Below are positions 14,216-27,031 of a stretch of DNA of 64,000 bases, in pieces. The position numbers were made by a program, and so were the translations under genes. Origin of the DNA: Gekko japonicus (taxonomy: Eukaryota); contig NW_015159742.1 in NCBI RefSeq assembly GCF_001447785.1, forward strand, positions 494,484-558,483, given 5' to 3'. The notes under the pieces are model-generated. The model ran no database searches. It was not told the origin of the DNA and saw only the letters and a list, made by a program, of their open reading frames with translations. How positions within the stretch are numbered: position 1 is the stretch's first letter; each line of letters starts with the position of its first letter.

Positions 14216-14729
14216 AGGGGTCGTTTCGTAGAAAAAGAGCTAGGGGAACTCATTAGCATAACTCATATGCCACACCCCCTGACATCAGCGGAAGTGTGTC
14301 ATAAGGCCACACACCCCGCCCCCAATGGTCCTGGCCGCTGCTGCGGGCCTTGCAGCTCGACTGCCAAGCCCCATGAGGGCCCCGGCGGTGGACCTGCAAG
14401 GCCGGCGGGAGTGCAAGGAAGCCCCGCAAAGGCCCTCCCTGGCCCCAGGCAGGCAGGGGTGGGGAGAGGCAGGGAGGAAGCAACTTACCCTCCCTCTTCT
14501 CCTGCCTCCTCCTGGCTGAATGAGGGCCAGAGGTGGGGCGGCCGAAAGCAGGGGGCGGGGCTTCGTCATGTGGTTTTCCCCTCCGACAAGCTCAGCCACG
14601 CCCCCAACGTCAGCACATCGCCCGTCACTTCTGGCGACGTTCTGCCAGCGTGCACGCGCTCGTACGATCAGCTCCCAGACCGCACCGACGCTCCCCCGCC
14701 GAGAGGGGTAAGAAGATTTGGCAACCCTA
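14216..14729 (+). mobile_element. Chimeric hAT MITE (CAGGGG-family left end, TAGGG-family right end)
   Basis: Starts CAGGGGTCGTTTCGTAGAAAAAGAGC and is near-identical to 16433-16704 inverted; ends TTGGCAACCCTA; no TSD. Confidence 0.7.
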
Positions 14730-16363
14730 TTTGTGGTGCAGAACACTACCATGACACAGCCCACACACAGAGTTTATAAGCTGTGTGTTACTTTTCCTTT
14801 GGTAAAAGGCAAAAAGATGAATGAGGGGGTTCAAAGTTCTTTGAACCCTGAAAACCAAGGATTGTCTCACACCAAAAGTGGTAAGGGACCATATGGATCC
14901 CAGGTCAGCATCTATATCAGCGATTGTGCCAGAATGCATAATATGAGCCAACTGTGCATCACACAGGGCCAATGTAAACTTGACTATTTATAAGCATTGG
15001 TATGGACACAACCCATGAAATATAGGGCAAAAGGGAGAGGAGGGCTAATGGCCACAAGGCAGGGTAACAACAAGAGATTCTGAGAGACTAGAGCAAAATC
15101 TAAATGGGAACTGGTGCGATAAGATGGAATTATACACTCATGCAGCCCAGACCCCTGATTACTTAGTCAACCCTCTCCTTTGCAAGGATTAACCTTTCCA
15201 GCACGGGTAATATGAGTTTAGGGCAGGTAACCATCGTGCCTTCTAACAAACAGCTGTACATTGACATCTAAGCAATGACCTGTAAGCTATGAGGACCTGT
15301 GTTTCTGCTTGTATCTAAGGCAGGTCCTCCAGCCAAGTTACCCAAGTGACTGCTTGGGCCAGCACAATGAGGAAGGCAGGTGCCAACGTACCACAGGGAC
15401 TTGGCTCATACCCAGCCACCAGCAATGTGGGAGGCAATGGGTATTATTTCCTGGATCCACACTGTTGCTCATGGGCTCAGTCCACACAACTCAAATCCAG
15501 ATGGGGCACCATAAGAGAAGTGAGATAATACCCTGAACTAGCCCAAATCATTGACAATCAAACTGTGATTTTACTTCTACTGGGAAGGTTTATTGCATTG
15601 GGCAAACTGTGGTTTTGAAAAAAGATCATAACATTGTATGTATGTTCATTGTGCATGCATGTTCATTGTACAAGTCCTAGCACATGGCTGGAAACCATAT
15701 GATGGGTGGGAAACAGGGAACCTCTGTATGCCACTTTGAGTTCCATGGGAGAAGAAAGGCAAGATATCATCAATATATCTGATTCTCAATGTGGCCCCAT
15801 CTGTCGATACTTAAATCCAGAGACTGGTGCCATGAACAGACAAGATAGATCTTTCTACAAACCTGAGAAAAGCCTCAGGTTTGCAGAAAAATCAGAAATC
15901 TTTTTTAAAAAATGGGATGTTGAATTGTATCAAAATAACAAAAGCAGTTCCTGTAACTTTAAGAAACAAATGCCCTCAGTGGCCATTGGTAGGCAGCCAC
16001 AACAGTATTGTCAGCCTTTCAGCCTTGGCTTCCATCAGTAAAAAGCAGGGGGAGGAGGCAGAGCCCTTTCCAGGGCTGTTTCAGCTTTTGAAGGAGGACT
16101 CATCATGGTACCAAGCCCAGCACAAATCACTGGCTATCTTGTCATCCCATGAGTTGCAGGACATACCTCGGCCTGGCTACTTGTTACTGTTCAACAGCAG
16201 CCCCCATGAAAGTCAAAGTGGTGTAGTGCTTAGAGTTTTGGACTAGGATCTGGGAGAACCCCCATTCTGCCTCCTGCTCCTGGTAAGTCCCCCACTCCAT
16301 TCCCCGCCAGTGGCCAGGAGGGACCTGGCAGCCCTAGTTGTTGTGAGGACAAATGGAAGAGAG

Positions 16364-16704
16364 CATAGGTCGATTCGGGGGGGATCGCGGGGGATCGCAG
16401 TTCCCCTGGGTGAGGTGCGGGGGGTGGGGCACACGACGAAGCCCCGCCCCCTGCTTCCGGCCGCCCCGCTTCCAGCCCTCATTCAGCCAGGAGGAGGCAG
16501 GAGAAGAGGGAGGGTAAGTTGCTTCCTCCCCGCCTCTCCCCACCCCTGCCTGCCTGGGGCCAGGGAGGGCCTTGGCGGGGCTTCCTCGCACTCCCGCCAG
16601 CCTTGCAGGTCCACCACCGGGCCCCTGATGTCAGGGGGTGTGGCATATGCTAATGAGTTATGCTAATGAGTTCCCCTAGCTCTTTTTCTACGAAACGACC
16701 CCTG
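16364..16704 (-). mobile_element. hAT MITE nested in a SINE tail
   Basis: Imperfect TIR CATAGGTCGATTCG / CGAAACGACCCCTG; perfect 8 bp TSD GAAGAGAG. Confidence 0.9.
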
Positions 16705-17059
16705 GAAGAGAGAATGCTGTAAACTGTTTTAGGTCCCCATAGTGGATAAAGGTGGGGAATAAATGAGCCACATAAATATATATGGGGGGGGGCATTTAAA
16801 GATTGGCTGGTGGGTGTGAAGAAGAAAAGGAAGCATGGAAAGGTGAGGATAGGGGGCTGCCAAGAGGAGGAAAAGAGGCAATAATGTGGGGAAGGGAATA
16901 CAGGGAAAAGTGAGGTGCCTCCTGCAAGTCCTTGGTGGTTCCTTGCTGCAGAAGTGGGTCTGGCCTGGCAACTGGCACTGTGCAACTAGGCCAATCTGGC
17001 CAAGTGGCTGGAACCATGCAGAGTCTTCCCAAGAAGAGGCTGCCAAGTAAGGAGGGAAA

Positions 17060-17456
17060 ATAAAGATAAGTTGCAACGTTTACTGTAGTAATTCTGTAGA
17101 AAATTTTCTATTATAATCGATCACACGCAACGAATACTGCGCACTGAAAACAATTCGTTTCACAATATTTACTTTATCTGAGCATGTAGCAATCCCAATT
17201 GTTATCAATTACTACTTAACAACTCTTGAAGAAAACTTTTCATGTTGACTCTCTAATAACAGAACCCAAGGTCTTCACAATGTACTAGCTGGATTCCAGT
17301 GTGCAGTATTGGTGAGCGATTATAGAAGAAAATTTTCTACAGAATCACTACAGTAAATGTCGTTGCAACTTATCTTTATTGACTTTTTGTTATTTTTGTC
17401 ACAGGTGTTGTTTTTGGTATTCCACTTCCTTCCGTGATCTCTCATTTTTGGCTTCT
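17060..17456. mobile_element. Unclassified fold-back insertion with 15 bp direct repeats
   Basis: ~85 bp inverted arms (17059-17150, 17294-17380); AAGTAAGGAGGGAAA at 17045-17059 and 17457-17471. Confidence 0.75.
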
Positions 17457-17604
17457 AAGTAAGGAGGGAAAGCTGAAGACAAAGGCAGATAAAAGTAGGT
17501 TGGCTGGTGGGTGGGAAGGAGAGGAGGAAGCAGGGAAAGGGGAAAGGCTATTGGAGATCTCAGGGAAGCATAATAATGGAGGAGAGGGAAATGAGACCAA
17601 CACA

Positions 17605-18014
17605 CAGGGCTATTTTTGGGCAGGAACGCACAGGAATGGAGTTCCGGCTGGCTTCAGAGTTGGCCACACCCACTACAGCCAAAACCTCTGCGTGTGCGTG
17701 ACTAGAGAAGGAAGGCCTGGAGAGTGACCCCCCTGGTGACTCTGAGGTGGGTGGGCCGGGGTGTGTGGAAGGATTGGGAAGGCATTTAAATGCTTCCCTG
17801 TGCCTTCTCTGGCCTGTCCAAGGGTTGGCTTGCCCTGGGTTTCTGCAGCCACGGGGAGCCCGGGCAAGCCAAGGGAAGGCATGGGGGTGTGGTCTAATAT
17901 GCTAATGAGCTGTAGTCAGAGGTGTGGCCTAATATGCTAATGATTTTCTGCTGTTGGGTGTGGCCTATTATGCTAATGGGTTAATGCTGGGCTTTTTCTA
18001 CAAAAAAAGCCCTG
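17605..18014. mobile_element. hAT MITE (CAGGGCT...AGCCCTG family)
   Basis: TIRs; TSD CCAACACA/CCAATACA; subterminal ATGCTAATGA repeats. Confidence 0.85.
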
Positions 18015-20099
18015 CCAATACACATAAGTCCTTGAGGGTCTTGCAATTACTATATCTCATCATGAAGTAGTTGAACCTGCTGCAAAATCAGGTCATTTGC
18101 AGACAAGGTAGAAAAAAATATGGCTTTGTAAGCTAATTTACAGGATCCCCCTGCAAAGAACAAAATGGCCCGATGTGGTCTAAATATGCCCCAGGAGCAC
18201 TGAGTGCTGAGGACATTTGTGAAAGGCAGGGGATAGGGAAATCAGCTTCTTCATGCCCCCCAGAGTTTGGAGAATATGGGAAGAGGACATTTTGGAGATG
18301 ATGGAATTTCTAAACTGTTGCCCACTGTGATTCCTTGCAGGTTCCCAGCTTGTCAAGAAATAATACTGAATAAAATCAAGCAATGGTTTGCAGGCAGCAA
18401 TGAGCCATCCTAGTTCAAACACCACAAATAGAACTTTCAACTCACCTCAGATCAAAACATGCTTTTCAGTGGAGTTCATTCACACATTCAGCTCCAAGTC
18501 AGTGTGTTAAGTAACTGAGTGATGAGAAATCAAGCAATATACAAGGATGTGTGAACCAATCTCCCACCCTGATCCTTGATTATCTATCTGGGCTAACTGC
18601 AACCTCTTATAATAGAGGAGATGGCTGGCAACTCTCTCTCTCTGAAGTTGTATGCAGAGGCCTCTGTGTGACAGCTGTTCAGACTCCCCCCCCCCAATTG
18701 TAGGCACCAGAAGTCAAGGCAGAGAAGGGCTTTTGCAACTCTCCTGGGTACACAGAAATGTTCAGCAGCTCTGCTGATTAACCTGCTCCCAAACTACAGC
18801 GCTTCACATATCCATTTGCTCAACAGCAACAGCCATGCCAAGAGTGTCAAAAGGCTCAATAAACAAAACCACAGCAAAGAGTCAAGAAGACTGGGTGGGG
18901 AGAGCAGCATCACTTCCCCAGCATCCTAGCAACTGGACAAGATGCAACAAGTTTCCTTAGGCTGATGAATGAGGAGAGAAGCCAGTCTTTTTAAAAGGCC
19001 TACTCTGTCCTTTCTTGACCTCATGCTGGCAGCAGGTAGCCGGATGAAAAGGAAATCTCTGGGGTCAGGGCAATTGGAAGCAGTGACCTGGATTCAATTT
19101 TGGTATTGTGCAAATCCTCTAGGTCTATCCTGGTCCTCTGAGTGAAGACCCCTTCATCTGCTAGCATAACATAATGTCTAAAAAACTGAACAGAGTCATC
19201 TATGGTTTAAATTTCGGTTCATGCATAAGAACACAGGAAAAGCCCTGCTGGATTAGACCAATGTTCCATCTAGAGTAGCATCCTGTTAGCCCTGGAGGGC
19301 AAACAAACAAGGCATAGAGGCCAAGGTCTTCACCTGAGGTGGTCTCTGTACTTTAGCATGCAGTACCCTCTTAAGTTCTTTCCCATGTTTGCAATTTGGA
19401 GATCATAATACTACTGACAAACCTTACAGGATTGTTGTAAGGAATGCAGAGATCTTGTTTTTATTTTATCAAATTGTCACAGTGTTGCTTTACATTATAT
19501 TAGTGTGAGCTGAAAAATGGGATACACATGTTTGATAAAATACAAGCCAGATTTTTGTGTTTTGAACACTTAAGTGTGCTATATGTCATGTCATAGTATT
19601 TATTTATTGACTTCACTTATTCCCCACCTTTCTCCCTCCCAAGGTGGCTTACAGTTTACATGAACCTGAGAGTGTGTGACTGACCCAAGGTAACCTTGCA
19701 AGTTCCATGGCAAAGCTGGGTTTCAAACCTGGTTCCCCCAGATCCTAGTCTGACACTCTTAACCTACTGCACCACGCTGGCTCTCGTTTTATGTTGCCTC
19801 TTTGTAAAATTCAAACCAAAACTCAAGGGTGACAAGGATCAGATTTCATCATTTTTAAAGGAAAGGCTACCGGTTTATGGCTGATAACAAGAGTTTCTTG
19901 AGGCATCCATTCTCAAAACCACTCCACCAAAGGACAACCACATGCCCGTTTCACAGATGGGAAAGTACAGTGTACTTTGAGATTATCCAGTCATAGCCAA
20001 ATGTGGGGTTGAACAGAGGCCGAGGTGAAGCCCAGTTGGATCACACTGAGATTAAAGGAATGGGATCAAGGCCTCTCTCTCACACACACATACACCCAA

Positions 20100-20960
20100 G
20101 CGTTTTGGAGGTGTAATCCTGGAGCTTTTTGCTGCCCTAGCAGCTCCCTGTTGGCGTGATCGGCTGTTTTTCTGCCAGCCAGGGCGCTTTCCTTGCCAGC
20201 TGCCCACGCCGCAGTCAGCTGCAGACAAACCAAACGTCCTTCTCCCAGGGACAGACGACAAGCGCTGCCATTTATTTCCCAGCTCCGTAGAAGGCTCGAG
20301 AGATACAGGCGGGTCGAGGAGAGGAGGGGAAAGGAAGGTTGATTTGAGGGCGACGGCTGGGAACCCGCTTCGGCTTCCCGGGGAATAAACAGGCTTGCAA
20401 GACGGACTTTTTCTGTGTATTGCAGGCGGCCAGAGACACAAACAACACGCCAAGTAGGGGGGCTGGTGTGGGTGGTTGCTAAAAAAGAGGCAGGGTGGAC
20501 GGATCCAGATTGGCGTGGAAACTCCCCCCCCTCCCCCACCCACCGGTGTGTGTCGCACTCGCTCCCAGAATCTATGGAAGACAGACACGCAGCCAGCCAG
20601 CCACCCACACAGAACACAAACAAACAATCCCAGAGGCCATTACAGCCTGCGTGCGTCGCACGGCTCTGCTGCAAGGTGCTGGCGGGGCGAGGGAGCAAGC
20701 AGAGACAGATGGTTTGGCTTTTGTGAAGGCGCCCCTCCTTTCCCCACCCTTGCCCAGCTGCCGGAGCTAAACACTTCCCTTTCCACCCAGTTAAGTAGCG
20801 GCAGCGGGCGGGCACCCGCGCACACACTCTCCCCGAGGCCTTTCGCCAGGGCGATCCTCTTCTCTGCCTGTGAGTCATACGCAAGGACACAGAAACGCCG
20901 GAGCAATTCGGAGCGGGACAGACTGGTTAATTATTCCCAGCAGGGAGAAAGGTGACGCCA
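20100..20960. promoter_or_regulatory. CpG-rich promoter/enhancer-like island
   Basis: Local CpG retention without repeat hallmarks; AP-1 TGAGTCA at 20871. Confidence 0.45.
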
Positions 20961-21283
20961 TGCAAACAGCCATTTTTAAATTTTACTTCGGATTTATAAA
21001 TCCGTAATGATAACTCTTCATAATAAGTGACCGGTCGTATTACAGTGCAAACCTATGCAGAGTTCCTCAGCCAATGTGCTCACTGAAGTAATTCTGTTTA
21101 GGATTGCACGGTCAGTCTGTTGCAGCAAAAATCAACAGGAGTCTAGAGGCAAAGAAAATAAGCCTACCCAGAAAGGTGATATGCCCTTTGGTCTGAATTC
21201 AGACTAAGGTTGTAATGTGTAAATGTATGGCTTTCTGTAACAGAGTAAATCAGATATTATTCTTTTTTCTTGTTTCTAACTCA

Positions 21284-21660
21284 GGCCCCATTCACACGGC
21301 GCATTTGCCGCGGGAGAGCCACGGGTGGTGGGTGGATTATCCATGCGCGATCACACCCCAACATCTGGGAAGTGGAGCGCACCTGTGGCCAACCCGTGGC
21401 TTACCGCTGAAAACGCGCAATAAAAAAGTAGTACCTCCAAAGTACTGGCAAACAGTTTGCCACGGGATGCCTCCAGATGCCTGCGGTGTGATCACGCTGG
21501 CGCACGGCTTTCCCCTCCGGCCTCTCGTTTACATGCCGGCTTCGAGGGAAGGACCTGTGGAGTGCCACCGGCGCGTCTGATCGTATAATCGCAGATCAAA
21601 CTGCGCTGGGGCAATTTGCCACGCCTCCCCCCGCGATATCCAGCCCGTGTGACCGGGGCC
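21284..21660. mobile_element. PIF/Harbinger-like MITE
   Basis: TIR GGCCCCATTCACACGG...CCGTGTGACCGGGGCC; homologous copy at 60550-60889. Confidence 0.65.
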
Positions 21661-22015
21661 CAAGTTGATTTGCTGTTTAGCTTATTTTTTACCTTTTGTT
21701 CTCTCTTTTATTTCACTGTATAAAAACCCTAATAAAATTCATATTATGCAAAAAAGGGGGAGTATCACTTTTAAAAATCTCTGCTTTAGTCATCTCTTGT
21801 TAGGACGAAATCCATTTTTTCTTTGAAGACTTTGGTGCAGTGCAGTATGGTGTCATGGTTAGGGTAGTAGATTAGGGTCTGAGAGACCAGATCCTCACTC
21901 TGCCATGGAAGTTTGCTGAGGGACCTTGGGCCACTCACTCGCACTCAGCTTGAATCCATTGACTTCAACTCTGTTTAGGATTGCACTGTTAATGTCTTGG
22001 AAGGGATGCAGGACG

Positions 22016-22221
22016 CAGTGTTCCCTCTAAGCTGAGTTAGAGTGAGCTAGCTCACAGTTTTTTAGCCTCCGGCTCACACATATTTGTCTCAGCTCAGGAA
22101 GGATGGCTCCAGAGCAAACTAATTTATGCAGCAGCCAAATTGCTCGCTCACAACTTTAATACCAGTAGCTCACAAAGTAGAATGTTTGCTCACAAGACTT
22201 CACAGCTTAGAGGGAACATTG
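22016..22221. mobile_element. hAT MITE (CAGTGTTCCCTCTAAGCTG family); copies at ~31377-31560 and ~56470-56677 (reverse)
   Basis: TIR CAGTGTTCCCTCTAAGCTG / CAGCTTAGAGGGAACATTG; near-TSD TGCAGGA. Confidence 0.8.
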
Positions 22222-25214
22222 TGCAGGAGTACTTTTTGCTTTTCCTCCTCTCCAAGTGAGGTACAAATATAGCATAAGCCTCAGGCCTCCTCACCATTGG
22301 TAAATGATGCACAGTTGTCAAGGCATTATCCCACAGAGTGCATCTCTCTGGTTTTGTACAATTCCACTAGTAAATACCAGCTGATATGAAATCCAAGGTG
22401 AGAAGAACCCTGATCAGACCATCTAAGTCAGCATCCCATTTACAGTCATGGTCAGCTAGATGATTTTGGGAAGCTCACCAACTAGCTCTTTCCTACTATT
22501 TGCACACCAGCAATTGCTTCTGAACGTGGAAGTTTCATATAGCCATTGAGGCTAATAGCCACTGACAGACATTCTCAGTCAATGTATCTCATCCCCTGAG
22601 AAAGCCATCATACTGTGGCTATCACTTCATCCTGTGAAAGTGAATCCCATGTTAATTATGCATTGTGTGAATAAGTACTGCTTTTGGTCTGTTCTGAGAC
22701 TACTGCCCATCAGTTTCAGTGGATGACACAAAATTCCAGGTTCCTGCTTAAACACATACAATGACTGACTGTCTCCCATAAAGTATTAATTTTTAATGAA
22801 AAGGTTTAAGATGCCCCATTTATAAGTAGGACTGTGTCAATGTTTCAGTTCTACTAGAGCCACAAAGCAGCACAATATTTTGTACTGGTAAAAAAATTCA
22901 GCTTCCTGAGAATTTTGTTTCTTTTTTTTATTATGTTTACAATGGAACACTTTTAACTGCTGATTTTGCTGAAGGTGGAGGGAATGGCTGCAAAAAGATT
23001 TCCAGTGGCTTTCAGTGTCCTGGACAGCTTCTTGCTCCTCCCCAGGACAAGCAAAACCAAATAAGTTGTGCAAAATATTAAAATGTACAATTAAAATGGC
23101 ACTGAAACAGCATCTGTCTACTAGCTTCAGTGTGTATTGCTATTTTCTTGTACAGTTTCTTATGGATTCTGTAAACTGCCTCGAAGGCCAGACATGGTGG
23201 GAAAGATGAGCTTTAAAAAGTTAGATACATGAATATGCAAAATAGGAATTAAATGTATATCATTCAAAGAGATAATATTCAGGATCTTCTTGGTGCAGAT
23301 TTTGATCATGTGTGTTTGTGGAGCACACACAGCTCTATTTACATGCCTTTCAATACTGAAATACAAGCAAGGAGCCTCTCATCTACAACTCAAAGGAACT
23401 GGCTTATGTGCTACAGTTAAAAATTCTATTGGTGAGCCCTGCGGAAATGGGAAATTCTAGAAATCTGCTGCTGCTCAGCAGCTCATCTTGCTGATGAAGA
23501 GATGCCCAGGTGGGGGAGCACACAATCCGGTTATGCTCATAGGAAACTTGTGACCTTGGCCTTGACAAACCTATGGCGCTGCTCAAGAAAGATCGGGCTC
23601 AAGATGCAACCAGCTACATCCAGTTAATGCCTATTACAACCAAAAGGCTGTGAATCTGTGTATGCAACCTACACAAATTCAGGAAAGGAGAAAATATGTT
23701 AAAGATACCAAGGAGCCCAAAACATGTCTAAAAACCGGAGAATATTCTACTGCAGCTCCCGGAGACAGCAAGATCAGGCAATGATTACCTGCCTCCCTCA
23801 AAGGGAAAAAGCGACAGTTGCCTTAACGGCAAATGCCACTCTCATTTTGCACAGAGCACCCATGAAAGTGAAGGCAGCATTTTCAGTTTGTAAGCTTCAT
23901 TTCTTTCCTGGGTGATAAGAGCCTCGTCCCCTCCCATGCCCTGCCTGAAGACTCCCCAAATTTCAGGCCCAGGCAGCTCACTCATCCACTGCATGGAGTA
24001 CAGAAGGGTTGTTCCAATTTACAAGGGAAAACCAAGGCAGCAATTTGTAGCAACAGAGCTCAGAGTATAGGCTCACAACATTTATTTTAACACTTCTTTC
24101 CCAAAGCTGAGGCGAGACAATAGCCATCCTGGGATTCACCTTACCACTCATACCCACTCCTCCCCTTCTCCAAAAATCAGATCCCTATTCCAACTCTGCT
24201 GACTCCTGCACCCGAGGCAGCTCAATCCTATGTTCTTGATCATGGAGGGCAGCATTCTGGGACAGATTTCTACTGAACTAAAGGAATAGTGATATGTCGA
24301 AAGGATGCTCCCCATCCTCTTGGGGCAGAGATCTTTTAACAGAATTACCCAGAAGTCCTTGCTTTAGCCTCTGGACCACATCTTCTGTCTAGACCAGTAA
24401 TTCTTAATGGGAGGGCTTTTTTTTTTTTTTTTGCTGTCAAGTCACAGCTGACTTATGGTGGCCCTGTAGGGTTTTCAAGGCAAGAGACATCCAGAGGTGG
24501 TTTGCTGTTGCCTGCCTCTCTGTAGCAACCCTAGACTTCCTTGGTGGTCTCCCACTCAAATACTAATCAGTGCTGACACTGCTGAGCTTCCGAGATCTGA
24601 CAAGATTGGGCTAGCCTAGGCAGTGGGGCAACAGGGGCCATACTGCCTAACTTGAAGAATTTGGCCAGTGACCACCAGGCACAAGAGTCTAATTGAAGGG
24701 ATGCCTGAGATCTGTGTATCATATAACAATGGGTATGTAAAGTGCCATTAAGTCACAGCCGACTTATGGTGACACCAGCAAAGGGCTTTCAAGGTAAGTG
24801 AGAAGCAGAGGTGCTTTGCCATCGCCTGCCTCTGCAAAGTCTTCCTTGACGGTCTCCCCTCCAAGTACTGACCCTGCTTGGCTTCCAAGATCTGACAAGA
24901 CTGGGCTATACTATACCATTCCACATCCCAAATAGAACTATACCTATATAAATAAAATTGCCTTGCCCAGAATGGTATTTTTATGCCCTAGTTCATGGCT
25001 TTGGAAGCACTGGATGATAATACTGCATACTTGGTGGACAGTAGACAGTGGATTCATGGGTTAAAAATCTCTGATCCAGGCTTTAGAAACAGGATCCCAA
25101 GAACCCTGGGATTCCCTGATGCCTCCTTTTAAGGCTTTAATCCATTTCCATCTCCCTCTCCCTCAAACTTGAATTTCCCTTCTCTAAAGTGGGAGGAAGG
25201 GAAGGAAAGGTGGC

Positions 25215-25395
25215 ATGGTATAGCCCGATCTCAGATCTCGGAAGCTAAGCAAGGTCGGTAGGTGGATGGGAGACCTCGAAGGAAGACTCCGCAATGGCAA
25301 ACCGCCTCTGCATCTCACTTGCCTTGAAAGCTCCTTGCTGGGGTCGCCATAAACCAGCTGTGACTTGGCGGCACTTTACACACTCACGGCACACA
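25215..25395 (+). mobile_element. 5S rRNA-derived SINE; relatives at ~24432-24620 (-), ~24735-24915 (-), ~30570-30770 (+), ~53982-54190 (+)
   Basis: Head GCCCGATCTC...TCGGAAGCTAAGCA...GGATGGGAGACC is 5S-like, followed by a non-5S body and tail. Confidence 0.75.
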
Positions 25396-25429
25396 CAAAG
25401 TGGGAGGAGACAGTGCCCACCCACGTTCA

Positions 25430-26460
25430 CAGTGGCAAGATCGCCCTCTCTCTCTTAAAGCATCGTGGAAGTTAGAATCCGCCCAGAATATTTCGGGCTT
25501 TGGGACCCAGGAGACTCTGTACAGCAGCTGCTGCAAGAAGAGAAAAGGGGGGGGGAACCCTCCTGATGGTGAAGCAAGGAGTCCCAGGCTCCGCCTGGAT
25601 CGGATATAATCAGTAGCTCTCTGGGATCCTCTGGGGCTCCCCACCCATGTGATCCATACACTACTCTGTACCCCTTACCTGGCTGGAGAGGCTTCTTCAA
25701 AGGATGGGTAGAGAGGAGATCTGGGGTGGGAGGAGGCGGCGGCGGCAAAGGATGGGGTGGGGGGGATCCCAGTTCGCAGGATCTCTCTTCCCCTGTGTCT
25801 CTGGCTGGGAGCAGGTGGCTGCTGAAGCCCTCGCGCTGATGTCACTAGGCTCAGGCGGCTGCTGCGGCTGTCTCCTCCCCAGCCCCATGCAGGAGGCAGA
25901 GGCAGGGGCGAAGACGGCGCTATGAATTATTTAAAGGTGCAGGAGCCGTTTGCAGGCAAAAGGAAGCCGTCGGGAAGCTTGCAAATAAAAGGTGTGTGTG
26001 GGGGGGATCCTTACCCAGCCCTCCCTCCACGGAGTCCTGACGAAACTGGGAGCCAGGGGGGCTCTCCATCCGGCAGAGGGAGGGGGGGGAAGACGCGCCG
26101 CCTCAGCGAGGAACTTGTTGTTTCCAACAGACTCTGTCACGCGGTTGCTGCAGGCCTGGAGCATCCCGGGTAGCTCAAGGCATGAAGAGGGCGCTGGGAA
26201 GCAGCAGCAAGGTCCCGTCGGATATTATGCTCTGTGCCAAGGTTTCCTCCCCTCCCACGCCCCCCGTATCTCAGGGAAACGAGCGCTGCAATTCCCTGTA
26301 CGCATTTTCTTGGGAAGAAAAGATAAACAGCGAGGCGTACTTCCAAGTAACCAGGATAAAATCGGTCTCGGGGGACGTTTCTCAGTCCTACAGTCTATGA
26401 TGGTGGCTTCAGACATCTAGATTCCTTGGTGTGCCGGAAAAGTCTAACTCTGGGGCACGA
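25430..26460 (-). promoter_or_regulatory. CpG island with candidate minus-strand first exon (~25679-25900)
   Basis: CCAG|GTAAGG donor after 25679; TATA-like TTTAAATAA at ~25927-25935; CpG-rich. Confidence 0.5.
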
Positions 26461-26851
26461 TTAAGTGGCACGATTAGCTAGTTTTAGACCAGATGCAAAT
26501 GATCAGGAGTAGGGATGCCAACCAGGCTGGAGGAAAAAGTGCTCTCCGGTGTTATGTACTTCCAAGGCATAAAAAGCTTAGGCTGCCTATTTCCACACAT
26601 TAAAGGGACAGGACATCACCCGGTAAATGACATGGGAGATGCATTTTTCTTCTGGCCAGTTAGGAACCCCAGCGGGGGGGAGGGGCAGCTTTAGACCATG
26701 CAGGCTTCCAATGCAAAGCACAGAATGAACATTCAGCCAGCTGGTCTCATCCCATCTCCATAGATGAGCACACACATGGCTCAGCCAGATGCTATATGCA
26801 CTTACTACGTACCACTGTGCTCAGAAAAGCCTGCTTTTGGCAGCCACCACC

Positions 26852-27031
26852 CTGAAGGTCAAAGAAGACGGGGACGGCAAAGGATGAGATGGTTAGACAG
26901 TGTCATAGATGCAACGAACATGAAATTGAGCAAACTTCAGAGGATGGCGGAAGACAGGAAGACCTGGCGTGATCTGGTCCATGGGGTCGCGAAGAGTCGG
27001 ACTCGACTGTGCGACTGAACAACAACAACAA
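26852..27031 (+). mobile_element. BovB/RTE LINE 3' end (5'-truncated)
   Basis: Encodes EGQRRRGRQRMRWLD...HGVAKSRTRLCD*, the BovB ORF C-terminus, followed by a (CAA)n tail. Confidence 0.92.

Noticed and set aside
14216-16704. A single 2.5 kb pack-type transposon with long TIRs
   Set aside because: The outer flanks share no TSD, and the right copy has its own TSD, so these are two insertions.
20052-20955. 191-274 aa ORFs in a CpG island
   Set aside because: GC-rich, open on both strands, non-ATG starts, no recognisable domain.
25215-25290. 5S rRNA gene
   Set aside because: Deleted and diverged 5S head fused to a SINE body; several such copies in the window.
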